Source of the DNA: Coraliomargaritaceae bacterium
GTDB taxonomy: Bacteria > Verrucomicrobiota > Verrucomicrobiia > Opitutales > Coraliomargaritaceae
Assembly: GCA_965656495.1 (NCBI GenBank)
Contig: CBFHKU010000003.1
Span: forward strand, 1 to 64,000
Reading direction: 5' to 3'
DNA: 64,000 nt
This document shows, piece by piece, positions 29,057 through 41,247 of this stretch. The position numbers and the translations under genes were made by a program. The stretch's first letter is position 1. Every line of letters begins with the position of its first letter. Below the pieces are notes generated by a model, which was not told where the DNA came from, searched no databases, and was given only the letters and a program-made list of their open reading frames with translations.

Positions 29057-29845
29057 ATGTCGGATTACGAAACACGTTTTGGGGCCTTGGGGCGTTTGTA
29101 TGGAGTGCCGGGTTTGTCGCGCCTACGGGCTGCGCGGGTCGCGGTGATTGGATTGGGCGGGGTCGGTTCCTGGGCGGTGGAAGCGCTGGCGCGTTCGGGG
29201 ATTGGAGCGTTGACCTTGGTGGACATGGACGAAGTGTGCCTGAGCAATGTGAACCGGCAACTGCATGCGCTGGATGAAACGGTGGGTCGTTCCAAGGCGG
29301 CGGTGCTGGCGCAACGCGTGGCGGGGATCGCGCCGGAATGTGCGGTGACGGTGGAGGAGCGTTTTTTTACGGAGGGGACGGCGGAGGCTCTTTTGGAGCC
29401 GGGTTACGATTGGGTGGTGGATGCCATTGATGTGACGAAGCATAAATGTTTGTTGATTGCGCGGGCGCGGGAACGGGGGCAAGCCTTGTTGACCTGCGGT
29501 GGTGGGGGTGGACGAGTCGACCCGACGCGGGTGAAGGTCGCGGATTTGTCGCGCTCCATCAACGACCCGCTTTTATTGCAGGTGCGCAAGCGTTTGCGGC
29601 GGGAGTATGGCTTCCCGCGCCTGAGTCGAATGAAGTTCGGGATTGATTGTGTTTACACGGACGAGTTCCCGGTTTTTCCGCAAAGCGATGGCACGGTGTC
29701 GACGGAGCGGGAGGCGGGGGAGGATTACCGTCTGAATTGTGACGCGGGTTTTGGCTCGGCAACTTTTGTGACGGGCACAATGGGTTTTCTCTTGGCGTCG
29801 GAGGTGGTGCGCCGAGTCGCCACCGCTAGCGGCGGAGGAGGGTAA
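29057..29845 (+). CDS. tcdA: tRNA threonylcarbamoyladenosine dehydratase (ThiF family)
   Basis: GLGGVGSWAVEALARSG, NVNRQLHA, GGRVDPT, DPLL, NCDAGFGSATFVTGTMG. Confidence 0.9.
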   Translation: MSDYETRFGALGRLYGVPGLSRLRAARVAVIGLGGVGSWAVEALARSGIGALTLVDMDEVCLSNVNRQLHALDETVGRSKAAVLAQRVAGIAPECAVTVEERFFTEGTAEALLEPGYDWVVDAIDVTKHKCLLIARARERGQALLTCGGGGGRVDPTRVKVADLSRSINDPLLLQVRKRLRREYGFPRLSRMKFGIDCVYTDEFPVFPQSDGTVSTEREAGEDYRLNCDAGFGSATFVTGTMGFLLASEVVRRVATASGGGG

Positions 29846-29987
29846 AGACGATTGCCAGGGTGGTAAAGACAGCCATCGCGATGGCCATGCCCGGTCGTTC
29901 GGTGTGAAGATTGACGCGAATCAAGAGATAACCGAGGGCGGCGTAAGCGAGAACGCGCCCATAGGGGAGGAAAGTTTGCAATCTCAT
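29826..29987 (-). CDS. Small 53-aa two-TM membrane protein (below the ORF-track cutoff)
   Basis: Hand-translated: MRLQTFLPYGRVLAYAALGYLLIRVNLHTERPGMAIAMAVFTTLAIVFTLLRR. Starts 3 nt after the recD2 stop. Confidence 0.6.
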   Translation of the reverse strand: MRLQTFLPYGRVLAYAALGYLLIRVNLHTERPGMAIAMAVFTTLAIVFTLLRR

Positions 29988-29990
29988 AGA

Positions 29991-32306
<2,316 letters not shown>

Positions 32307-32443
32307 CGTTTAGGATGTTGATTCAGAGAAGGTTAAGAATGAATCCTACTTGGAGTGGGAAAATTAGGGTTCGATGCCTAGTATTATATAACTGACATAA
32401 GGCGCAAATTAAACTTATATGATTTTTAAAAATATTTCATACG

Positions 32444-34939
32444 ATGAATCAAGGATATCCTAGAGACGGTGGCAATGGTGGTGGACGAAGACGTAAGTCG
32501 TCTCGCCAGCGAGCGGGAAGAAGGGGCTCAAAGCCGCAGCGCCAATCTGCGGCGGGAAAATCCCCGATTAAGCGATCTGTTTTTGCGAAGCCAGCTTTGT
32601 CAAAGGCTCCTGTGCGAATCACGAGCAAATTAAAGAAAGAACCCATGGTGGGTATGGAGTTCATTTATGCGCTGGTGGGAATCGTGGTCTTGATCCTACT
32701 TGGAGGAGGGGGTTATGTCTTAGCACAGGGCTTTGCGTTATTGCTTACGGGTGTTCTTTTGCTGAAGTGCCCGCCACAGACCAGCTTGGGTCGATGGTTT
32801 AATGTGGGAGCTTTGGTTTTTCTGCTGGGTGGATTAATGGGATTTCTGCCGGGAGGTTTGGGTTTCCAGTCAGGATGGCGTGAAATTGGCACTGGGGTGC
32901 ATCAACTGGACTTGCCTTTTAGTTCAACGATCCGGCCGATGCAAAGCCTGGAAGCCTTTCTTATGTTAGCGGCTTGTTTATGCTGGTTTTACAGTTTGAG
33001 CCAGATCCGGCTTAACACAAGCAGCCGCAAGTGGATCCTGTTTTGGGTTTCGGTTTTTTGTTTATGCATAGGTGCGGCAGCATGCTTTGGTTTTAAGTAT
33101 GGATGGAATTATCCGGGCAGTAGCTTAGGAGGACCTTTTAGTTTCTTTAGCGAACCGGGGCAGATGGGATTTTTGCTGCTGCTGTGCGGGGTCTTTGCCT
33201 TCGGGTTTGGTTTTGAGAGTCTAACGCATCGCAGCGCGCTCTACTTGATCGGATTACCCGGAGCGGTGGCATGTTTTATTGCGCTGATTCAGGAACAACA
33301 TTTTGTCGCGCTACTTTTGTTTTTTGTAGGAATGGGGCTTTACTGCGGGCTTAGGATTTTTGGGGCGCAACTCAAGATAGGGCTGAGGCTCCTCGCGGTC
33401 ATTTCATTATACAGTATTATAATTCTCACCTTCAGTCTTGAAGGGGGACTGTTCGACCTAATCAAGCAAGTACGGTTACCGGTTAAGGCATGGCAAATGT
33501 TTTTTGAAATGCCACTCACGGGTATTGGATTGGGGAATTTTCCGATCGTAATGGTGCATTATTACGAGACCTGGCAATCCGGAATAGAGGCAGTGAATTA
33601 TCCGAATGATTTCATATGGATTGCCTGCACAATGGGAATTGTTGGCTTACTGGGCTTTTTGGCGATGCTGGTGGGTGTCGTGCGGGGGATTGAGCTTTCC
33701 AAAATTGCACGGGTGGGGTCACTGCGTTTGGCCACAATGCTCGTCTGCTTCATTTATCTTTTGGTTGGGTTTACCGGAGAAGAGCGCCACGCGCTGGCAT
33801 TGGTCTATTTTGTCTTACTCATGCTGGCGCTCTCTTACCCTTTGGGGAATCGCTTCAAGGGTCGTGTACCATCATGGTTGTGGCGTGGATGTAGCTTTAT
33901 TTTTCTTATTACAGGGAGCGTATGGATGCTGGGAAGCCTTGCCCGGATGCCGGTACACAGCCAACTGATTTCAGAATCAGGGGAGCTTCAATACGGGAAA
34001 GCACAGCTAGAAGAGGATTTGTATCAATCGCTCAATTCGCTTAACCGATTGATCAAGATGGAGCCAACTTATTGGTATTGGTATCATGAACGCGCGAAAC
34101 TAATGTTGGAGATGCGTGAAAATGCCAAAGCGGAACTCGACTTTAATCGCGCTCGTTTCTTGGAGCCGCATCTAACGGGGCCGGCATTCTTGGAAGGGGA
34201 GGCCTGGTTTGGTCATAAGGGTATTAAGGCGGAGAATGCCTGGCGTGAGGCACTCAAACGGGCGGGAAAAGAGGCTCCGGGATTATTTGAACGGATGGTT
34301 CGGGGTGGTAAAAGTAGTCCTTATAAAGCACCGGTTTTATTGAAGCTTTCGCGGGAAGATCCGCGATATGGGGTCATTTACCTGGAGCAGCTTGAGAAGG
34401 TCGTCTTTTTGCAGGAACTGAACCAATATTTAGCGGCGGATCCAGCGCTGGGGCAATTTAATCGCGAGCAACGCACTCGGATTGTCCTGAGCTGGGCGCA
34501 ACTTGGTGAATACGAGGAACCAGCACGTTATATGGATCAATATGCAAGCAGCTTAAATTATGCTTGGTATTTGCAGTCGTATATTTACCAAAATGGGGCG
34601 CGATTTGAGGAAGCGCTGGGTTTACTGCGCTCAGGATTAACGGTGCCGGACTTGCCTGAGCCGGAAGTTGACCCTGCTAAGATCGCACTTTTAGAAAGGG
34701 AGATTGCGAGTAAGCCGCGCAATTATGAAGTGGGATTGCAGTTAATCAGTATTCGTTTGGCGGAGGAGGCTAACGAAGACGGAATTATCTTAACACAACG
34801 ACTGCTTGAGTATTCGGATGCGCCGCCGGAAATTCTCTATTGGCAAGCAGAGTTTTACTTCCGGAAAGGAAATACAGTGGAAAGCTTTTTGTCCTTGGAT
34901 GCGTATGCTCAGGCGGTGCTTAGTCTACAAATACAATAA
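32444..34939 (+). CDS. O-antigen-ligase-like membrane protein with TPR-like C-terminus
   Basis: ~12 TM segments, W.MF.E.PLTGIGLGNF motif, helical C-terminal half, Arg-rich N-terminus. Confidence 0.65.
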   Translation: MNQGYPRDGGNGGGRRRKSSRQRAGRRGSKPQRQSAAGKSPIKRSVFAKPALSKAPVRITSKLKKEPMVGMEFIYALVGIVVLILLGGGGYVLAQGFALLLTGVLLLKCPPQTSLGRWFNVGALVFLLGGLMGFLPGGLGFQSGWREIGTGVHQLDLPFSSTIRPMQSLEAFLMLAACLCWFYSLSQIRLNTSSRKWILFWVSVFCLCIGAAACFGFKYGWNYPGSSLGGPFSFFSEPGQMGFLLLLCGVFAFGFGFESLTHRSALYLIGLPGAVACFIALIQEQHFVALLLFFVGMGLYCGLRIFGAQLKIGLRLLAVISLYSIIILTFSLEGGLFDLIKQVRLPVKAWQMFFEMPLTGIGLGNFPIVMVHYYETWQSGIEAVNYPNDFIWIACTMGIVGLLGFLAMLVGVVRGIELSKIARVGSLRLATMLVCFIYLLVGFTGEERHALALVYFVLLMLALSYPLGNRFKGRVPSWLWRGCSFIFLITGSVWMLGSLARMPVHSQLISESGELQYGKAQLEEDLYQSLNSLNRLIKMEPTYWYWYHERAKLMLEMRENAKAELDFNRARFLEPHLTGPAFLEGEAWFGHKGIKAENAWREALKRAGKEAPGLFERMVRGGKSSPYKAPVLLKLSREDPRYGVIYLEQLEKVVFLQELNQYLAADPALGQFNREQRTRIVLSWAQLGEYEEPARYMDQYASSLNYAWYLQSYIYQNGARFEEALGLLRSGLTVPDLPEPEVDPAKIALLEREIASKPRNYEVGLQLISIRLAEEANEDGIILTQRLLEYSDAPPEILYWQAEFYFRKGNTVESFLSLDAYAQAVLSLQIQ

Positions 34940-35192
34940 GGGCGAGGGTACTTTGGTAAACCATCCAACCGAGTAAAATAAGTACGCCGAGAAAGGCGAT
35001 ACGACGAAGCCAGAGAAGCATTTGCGCGGGGAGTTGTTGCGTTTTTGGCCTTCCACGAACGGATGTTTGGGAAAGATAACTGGAGAAATTGATGCGCGCC
35101 TGACCGACCTCACGGTCGCGCTCTCCGGGCAAGCGGAAGGCGGCGATTCGATGGGCGCGTCGGTGCTTCCACCGGTAATAAAATTTAAACAT
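34920..35192 (-). CDS. Small hypothetical membrane protein
   Basis: 90 aa, basic N-terminus, C-terminal TM; fills the intergenic gap. Confidence 0.5.
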   Translation of the reverse strand: MFKFYYRWKHRRAHRIAAFRLPGERDREVGQARINFSSYLSQTSVRGRPKTQQLPAQMLLWLRRIAFLGVLILLGWMVYQSTLALIVFVD

Positions 35193-35332
35193 TTAAGTCT
35201 TAATGCGGTAAGGCTGAAATTTTAAGGAAAGAATACCCTAAACCGTAATAGGGTTGGCATTGAACTGCCAGAAAAATATCATAGGGCTGAAATTTTTATC
35301 GCACGCGCGGCCTTAGTGGCAAAGCTGAGGGC

Positions 35333-36331
35333 ATGAACATTTGTATTCTGGGCGCAGGCGGTTGGGGAACCGCGATGGCTTTGCACCTCCATCGTTGCGG
35401 GCATACCGTAACCCTCGTGCCGCGACGCTATGAAGTGGCATTAAGCCTTGCCAGTTCCCGGGAAAACTTGGCTTACCTGCCGGGATATGATCTGCCGGGA
35501 AGTATACAAATCGCCGCAGAAAGGGCCCCGGCGCTCATGGAGGCGGAGGTCGTGTGTCTTGCATGTCCATCCAAAGGCCTGCGGAAACTGTGCCAGCAAT
35601 TAGCCGGAGAATTGGGTGAAGCAAGGCAGTTTCGGTTGTTCATAGTTTTGTGCAAGGGCTTGGAATTAGAAAGTTTTAAGACGCCAACCGAGATCGTGAG
35701 GGAATATTTCCCGGATTATCCGTGCGGGGTTTTGTCCGGGCCGACTTTTGCGGGGGATGTCGCTGCCGGTTTGCCCGGAGCGATCACGCTTGCAATGGAG
35801 GAAGGTGTGCCGGATGCGGGGCGCTATCAGGCGGCGTTTAGCTCGGATGCGATGCGGGTGTATCGCTCGCTGGATGTTCGAGGGACCGAGCTTGGCGGGA
35901 CCTTAAAGAATATATACGCGATTGGGGCGGGCTTATGCGACGGCCTGCGCTTGGGCGACAACGCCAAGGCGGCCTTGTTGACGCGTAGTGTCCATGAGAT
36001 GATTCAACTGGGGGTATCGCTCGGCGGTCAACCTGCAACGTTCAACGGCTTGAGTGGTTTTGGGGATTTGATTGCGACCTGCACGGGAAGCTGGAGTCGT
36101 AACCGGAGATTTGGCCAACTGATTGGGGAAGGCAAGGATCCGGAGGTCATATTGGAAGAACAGAGCACGGTGGTTGAGGGTTATCGTGCGACGCGTTGCT
36201 TGTTTGGAATGGCGGCGGAAAAAGGACTGCAAGCTCCGATTTTAAGCGAGGTGTATGCGATTCTTTTTGAGGGAAAGTCACCGAAGGATGCCTTGCAGTC
36301 CTTGATGGCGCGTGAATTAAAAGCGGAATAA
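35333..36331 (+). CDS. gpsA: NAD(P)H-dependent glycerol-3-phosphate dehydrogenase
   Basis: [37 protein letters not shown]. Confidence 0.96.
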   Translation: MNICILGAGGWGTAMALHLHRCGHTVTLVPRRYEVALSLASSRENLAYLPGYDLPGSIQIAAERAPALMEAEVVCLACPSKGLRKLCQQLAGELGEARQFRLFIVLCKGLELESFKTPTEIVREYFPDYPCGVLSGPTFAGDVAAGLPGAITLAMEEGVPDAGRYQAAFSSDAMRVYRSLDVRGTELGGTLKNIYAIGAGLCDGLRLGDNAKAALLTRSVHEMIQLGVSLGGQPATFNGLSGFGDLIATCTGSWSRNRRFGQLIGEGKDPEVILEEQSTVVEGYRATRCLFGMAAEKGLQAPILSEVYAILFEGKSPKDALQSLMARELKAE

Positions 36332-36371
36332 GAGCTTGCTCCCGAGCGTCGGCATTACTGAATGTCGAGCT

Positions 36372-36884
36372 ATGCCCAAACTTTGCAAAGTCGCATCTTC
36401 TTCCATTCATGCACGTGGACTGTTTGCCACTTGTGATATCGAGCCCGATACGAAAGTGATTCAATACGTTGGGGAGAAAATCTCGAAGAAGGAATCGCAA
36501 CGCCGGGCTTTGGAATGGGAGGAGAAGGCGCGTAAAAAAGGTGAGGGCCTGGTTTATATTTTTGAGCTGAATAAAAAATGGGATATCGATGGGCGGGTTG
36601 GAAAAAACCCTGCGCGCTATATCAATCATTCCTGTGATGGGAATTGCGAGGCGGTCAATGAGGACGATGAAATTTGGATTGTGGCGCGCAAGGCAATCGT
36701 GAAGGGGGAGGAACTCACCTATGATTATGGCTACGACATGGAGCACTTCATGGATCACCCATGTGAATGCGGCTCGGAAAACTGCGTGGGGTACATTGTG
36801 CGCGAGGATCAGCGCAAGAAAGTTAAAAAACTCCTAAAACGAAAGAAGCAGGGCAAAGCCAAGAAGGCTTCCAAAAAGAAATAA
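36372..36884 (+). CDS. SET domain protein with post-SET Cys cluster
   Basis: [32 protein letters not shown], Lys-rich tail. Confidence 0.92.
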   Translation: MPKLCKVASSSIHARGLFATCDIEPDTKVIQYVGEKISKKESQRRALEWEEKARKKGEGLVYIFELNKKWDIDGRVGKNPARYINHSCDGNCEAVNEDDEIWIVARKAIVKGEELTYDYGYDMEHFMDHPCECGSENCVGYIVREDQRKKVKKLLKRKKQGKAKKASKKK

Positions 36885-36905
36885 ATCCGCCGCAGGGCAG
36901 CGGGT

Positions 36906-38171
36906 TTAAATCAGCATGAGGGCGGGATTTTCAAGGATCACCTTGAGGGCCTGTAGGTATTGTGCTCCGACCGCGCCGTCAATGGTGCGGTGATCCCCCG
37001 AAAGGCCAACCTTCATTGTTTGCCCTATGACGATTTGGTCATGCTCATTGACCACCGGTTTCTTGAGGGTGGCTCCAATGCTGAGAATTGCGGCATTGTT
37101 GGGATTTATAATCCCATAGAAATCCGAGATGCCAAACATCCCTAAATTGGTAACGGTGAGGGTCGAGCCGCTCATTTCCTCGGGGGTGAGTTTTTTATCG
37201 CGGGCTTTTTTAATAAGGGATTTGGCTTCACCGCTGATTTGGTGGAGTGACTTGTTTTCGGCCTCGCGAATGACGGGGGTCAGGAGACCGTCGTCGATTG
37301 CGACTCCAAAGGCGAGGTGGACATTGCCGTGTTGCGTGATGGTTTCGCCTTCCCAGGAGCGGTTCATGGCGGGCACTTGGCGGATTGCTTCAGCGGCGGC
37401 TTTGAGGGTGAGGTCATTGACCGAGAATTTCATGCCCCCCTGCTCGGCGGGTAGGTCGGCGTATTTCGCATTGAGTGCTTTGCGAAAAGCGGCGAGTGGT
37501 GCACCATCGACTTCAATTTGAAGATAGAAATGGGGCGCTTGGGTTTTGGAACCGACCAGTGCGCGGGCGATGCTCTTGCGCATATTGGTGACCGGGATGC
37601 TGAGGGCCTCAAGGCTCGGTGCGGCTGGAGCGGTGCTGCGGCTGCCGGGCTTGGCGTTGAGGACATCGGCTTTCACGATGCGTCCCCCGGGGCCGGATCC
37701 TTGAATCGTGGCTAGGTCGAGGCCTTTGTCGGCGGCAATTTTTTTAGCGAGGGGGGAGGCTTTGATTTTTGCGCCCGGTGTGGTCGGTGCGGGTGCGGGT
37801 GCGGGCGAAACCGGTGCTGGGGCAACTACGGCGGGGGTGGGCGTAACCGGAGTGGGCTCAGGCGCGGCCTCTGCTTTGGGCGCGGGGGCTTCCGTGGCGG
37901 CTTCGGCGGGTGCGACCTCGGGGGCTGCTTCGCCCGCTTCGCCGATTGCAGCGATCGCACCACCGACCGGAACTTCGTCACCGGCTCCGCAGTATTGTTT
38001 GAGCAGCACCCCATCCTCAAAGCATTCGACTTCCATCGTAGCTTTGTCGGTTTCGACCTCGGCGATCATGTCACCGTTCGCAACGGCGTCGCCTTCTTTT
38101 TTCAACCATTTGACAAGCGTACCAACGGTCATGGTATCGCTGAGTTTGGGCATGTCGATAAGGGTGGCCAT
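36906..38171 (-). CDS. pdhC: Pyruvate dehydrogenase E2
   Basis: Lipoyl motif EVETDKA, ASPLAKK..GSGPGGRI, DHRTIDGA. Confidence 0.95.
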   Translation of the reverse strand: MATLIDMPKLSDTMTVGTLVKWLKKEGDAVANGDMIAEVETDKATMEVECFEDGVLLKQYCGAGDEVPVGGAIAAIGEAGEAAPEVAPAEAATEAPAPKAEAAPEPTPVTPTPAVVAPAPVSPAPAPAPTTPGAKIKASPLAKKIAADKGLDLATIQGSGPGGRIVKADVLNAKPGSRSTAPAAPSLEALSIPVTNMRKSIARALVGSKTQAPHFYLQIEVDGAPLAAFRKALNAKYADLPAEQGGMKFSVNDLTLKAAAEAIRQVPAMNRSWEGETITQHGNVHLAFGVAIDDGLLTPVIREAENKSLHQISGEAKSLIKKARDKKLTPEEMSGSTLTVTNLGMFGISDFYGIINPNNAAILSIGATLKKPVVNEHDQIVIGQTMKVGLSGDHRTIDGAVGAQYLQALKVILENPALMLI

Positions 38172-38215
38172 AGCTGTTAGGGTCGTCTAGGTTGTCTTGT
38201 TTTTAGAGAGTTAAA

Positions 38216-39193
38216 TTAAGCGAGGCACTTGAGGGCCCCTTCAATGATGCGTTCTTCGTTGGGGATTTGCCAATCCTCCAGCGGTTTGGCGTAAATTTGC
38301 GGGGCATCGATGGCGGAGACGCGGTGAACGGGGGCGTCGAGGTAGTCGAAAGCCTTGAGCTGGATCAGGTGGGAAATCTGTGCGTCGACGCCGCAGAAGG
38401 GTTTATTTTCCTCAACGAGGAGGGCGCGTCCGGTCTTTTTGACGGAATTGAGAATGGTCTCCTCGTCAAGGGGACGGATAGAGCGGAGGTCCACGAGTTC
38501 GACATTGATGCCGTGTTGCGCTTGGAGCGTTTCTGCGGCCTTAAGGGCGATCATGGCGCAGCGTCCGTGAGCAACAATCGTGAGGTCGCTCCCTTCGCGG
38601 AGGATGTTGGCGACGCCGAGTTCGATGAGGTATTCCTCTTCGGGCACTTCCCATTTTTCGCCGTAAAGGAGAGTGTTTTCCATTACGAAGACCGGGTCGT
38701 TGTCGCGGATAGCGGTTTTCATAAGCCCCTTGACGTCGTAGGCGTTGGAGGGGCAGACAACCTTGAGCCCGGGGTGGTTTGCCACCATGTTCTCGGGGGT
38801 GTGGGAATGGGTGGCGCCGACATTGGTGCCGCCGTTTGCCGGACCACGAACCACAATGGGAACGTTCATGAGCCCGCCGGACATGTAACGGCAGAAAGAG
38901 GCGTTATTAAAGAGCTGGTCAATCGCAACGTAACTGAAAGACATGAACATCATTTCCACGACGGGGCGGATGCCAAGACAGGAGGCTCCAATTGCGAGAC
39001 CGGAAAAGGCAGCCTCGGAAATAGGAGTGTCGATGACGCGCTTGTCGCCGTATTTCTCCCAGAGGCCTTCGGTGACTTTGTAGGCGCCGTTATACTGCGC
39101 GACCTCTTCGCCCATAATGCAGACGTTTTCGTCGTGTTCGATTTCCTCGGCGAGTGCTTGCTTGATGGCTTCGCGGTAAGTGATGAGTGGCAT
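38216..39193 (-). CDS. pdhB: Pyruvate dehydrogenase E1 beta
   Basis: GEEVAQYNGAYKVT, DTPISE, DLRSIRPLD. Confidence 0.95.
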   Translation of the reverse strand: MPLITYREAIKQALAEEIEHDENVCIMGEEVAQYNGAYKVTEGLWEKYGDKRVIDTPISEAAFSGLAIGASCLGIRPVVEMMFMSFSYVAIDQLFNNASFCRYMSGGLMNVPIVVRGPANGGTNVGATHSHTPENMVANHPGLKVVCPSNAYDVKGLMKTAIRDNDPVFVMENTLLYGEKWEVPEEEYLIELGVANILREGSDLTIVAHGRCAMIALKAAETLQAQHGINVELVDLRSIRPLDEETILNSVKKTGRALLVEENKPFCGVDAQISHLIQLKAFDYLDAPVHRVSAIDAPQIYAKPLEDWQIPNEERIIEGALKCLA

Positions 39194-39211
39194 ATCGGAA
39201 AAGGTTTAAAG

Positions 39212-40306
39212 CTAGTCGTTAAAGAAGTAGGTGCCTTTGAGGGAATTGGAGGTGTCGTTGTCGACCTCCCAATAGACATCGGTCTGAATTTCGGAGCGGG
39301 GGGCAACGGGGCTTTGTTCCGCGAATTTAGCGGCGGCATCGGCCTCGCTTTTAACCTCCAGGTTGATTTTTCCAGCTTCTTCTTCTGTGAGGCTACCGTC
39401 GGCAAGGAGTTGTGCCTTAAGGACGTTGATGGGGTCCTTATTTTTCTTGTATTCCTCGATTTCCTCTTTGGTGCGGTATTTCTCGTGGTTGGCGTCTGCG
39501 ACGGAGTGTCCGCGGTAACGGTAGGTGCGAATTTCGAGGAGGAAGGGTTTCATTTCCTCGCGGGCGCGGGTCATGGCGCGGTTGGCGTATTCGCGGACTT
39601 CAAAAACATCGTGGCCTTCGCAGACGTCCCATTCGATGTCAAAACCGTCGGCGCGGTGTGCGAGGTTTTCTTCGGCGGAAGAACGGGCGAGGCTGGTACC
39701 CATGGAGTAGCCGTTGTTCTCGATGACAAAGACAACCGGGATGCCCCAGAGCGAGACGAGGTTGAGGGTTTCCATAAAGGAACCCTGATTGACGGCGCCA
39801 TCCCCCAGGAAACAGACACAGCAACCTTTGAGTCCTTTATACTTGAGCGCAAAGGCGAGTCCGGCGCCGAGTGGGGTCTGGCCCGCAACGATCCCGTGGC
39901 CGCCCCAATAATTTTTTTCAGGCGCAAAGAAGTGCATTGAACCACCCTTGCCCTTGGAACAACCGGTGTGCTTGCCAAACATTTCAGCCATGCATTCGTT
40001 CATCGACATTCCGACGGCGAGGGCATGACCGTGGTCGCGATAGGCGGTGATGATGTGGTCGTTTTCCTCCATGAGGGAAACGACGCCCGCGGCAACGGCT
40101 TCCTGCCCAATGTAGAGGTGAAGAAAGCCGCCTATTTTTCCCTGATTGTAAGCCTGGAGGGAGCGTTCCTCAAAGCGGCGAATCCCCAGAATGGTGCGGT
40201 AGAGGTCGCATTTCTCCTCGCTGGAAAGGTTGGCGTTGATCGGCGCCTGCAGAAAATTTTCGGCAGTGCTTCCTTTAGTGGTAGATTTTTTCTTGGCGGC
40301 TGGCAT
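39212..40306 (-). CDS. pdhA: Pyruvate dehydrogenase E1 alpha
   Basis: GGFLHLYIGQEA, GKGGSMH, GDGAVNQG, TYRYRGHS. Confidence 0.95.
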   Translation of the reverse strand: MPAAKKKSTTKGSTAENFLQAPINANLSSEEKCDLYRTILGIRRFEERSLQAYNQGKIGGFLHLYIGQEAVAAGVVSLMEENDHIITAYRDHGHALAVGMSMNECMAEMFGKHTGCSKGKGGSMHFFAPEKNYWGGHGIVAGQTPLGAGLAFALKYKGLKGCCVCFLGDGAVNQGSFMETLNLVSLWGIPVVFVIENNGYSMGTSLARSSAEENLAHRADGFDIEWDVCEGHDVFEVREYANRAMTRAREEMKPFLLEIRTYRYRGHSVADANHEKYRTKEEIEEYKKNKDPINVLKAQLLADGSLTEEEAGKINLEVKSEADAAAKFAEQSPVAPRSEIQTDVYWEVDNDTSNSLKGTYFFND

Positions 40307-40421
40307 AGGTTGGAAAGGTCTTAAATTTGCGGATTTCCGCACAATGACAAGTAAATACCTGAACTGTCTGCCGGGTGGTCCGGCAAACCCAAGGCACCGG
40401 CTGCGGGAGAATTACCTCATC

Positions 40422-41159
40422 TTAGCGCGGTTTTGGCAGGATGGCGGAGAGGCCGCCGTCGCTGACAAAGGTTTGTCCGGTTACCATTTTGGCTTCGTCG
40501 CTGAGGAGCCAAGCCGCCAAGCTGGCGATTTCGTCGGGATTCCCGATACTGCCCAGAGGATGCATTTTTTCGGACATTTGGCGGGCTTGCTCGCTGGCAA
40601 GGAGTGGTTGGGCGAGGGGAGTGTCAGTAAGGGAGGGGGCGATTGCGTTAATACGGAGTCCGCGGCTGGCATAGGTTGCGGCGGCGGAGCGAACCATTGC
40701 TTCGATTCCTCCCTTGGCGGCGGCGATGGCTTCGTGGTTGGCGATGCCCACTTGAGCGGCGGCCGAGCTAAAGAAGAGGAGGTTACCATAACTGTTGCCC
40801 TGCATCCGTTTCGCGCAGGCACGGAGGGCGTAGAAGGCGGAACCCAAATTCTGCAAGAGGGTGGCGTTCCAGTCTTCTGGCGGGGTCAGGTGCGCGGGCT
40901 TTAAGTAGATGGAACCCAGAGCATGTGCGTAGGCATCGATTTTACCGTGTGTGGCAATGATTGAATCGAAGTAGGCGTCGAGTTGCGCGGGATCGGTGGC
41001 GTCGCATGCTGCAACTTCACCGAAGTCTCCGGTTCCGCCGCTGCGGGAGAATCCGGTCACGGTGGCACCTGCCGCTTGGAGGCGCGCGGCGAGTTTGGAA
41101 CCGATGCCCCCGGTTATTCCGCCAATGATGATTAATTTTCCTTCTAGAGTAGTTGTCAT
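40422..41159 (-). CDS. SDR family oxidoreductase
   Basis: GITGGIG, HEAIAAAK, INAIAP, TGQTFVSDGG. Confidence 0.9.
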   Translation of the reverse strand: MTTTLEGKLIIIGGITGGIGSKLAARLQAAGATVTGFSRSGGTGDFGEVAACDATDPAQLDAYFDSIIATHGKIDAYAHALGSIYLKPAHLTPPEDWNATLLQNLGSAFYALRACAKRMQGNSYGNLLFFSSAAAQVGIANHEAIAAAKGGIEAMVRSAAATYASRGLRINAIAPSLTDTPLAQPLLASEQARQMSEKMHPLGSIGNPDEIASLAAWLLSDEAKMVTGQTFVSDGGLSAILPKPR

Positions 41160-41247
41160 AGTATAGTATCGTAAAAGTGGGGCATTCATTACCCGCAAAG
41201 CGATGAATGGCTTGCCATGATGCGCTGTGCCTCTATGCATAGCCGAG

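Noticed and set aside
38267..39940. 557-aa ORF on the + strand
   Set aside because: Antisense shadow of pdhB/pdhA.
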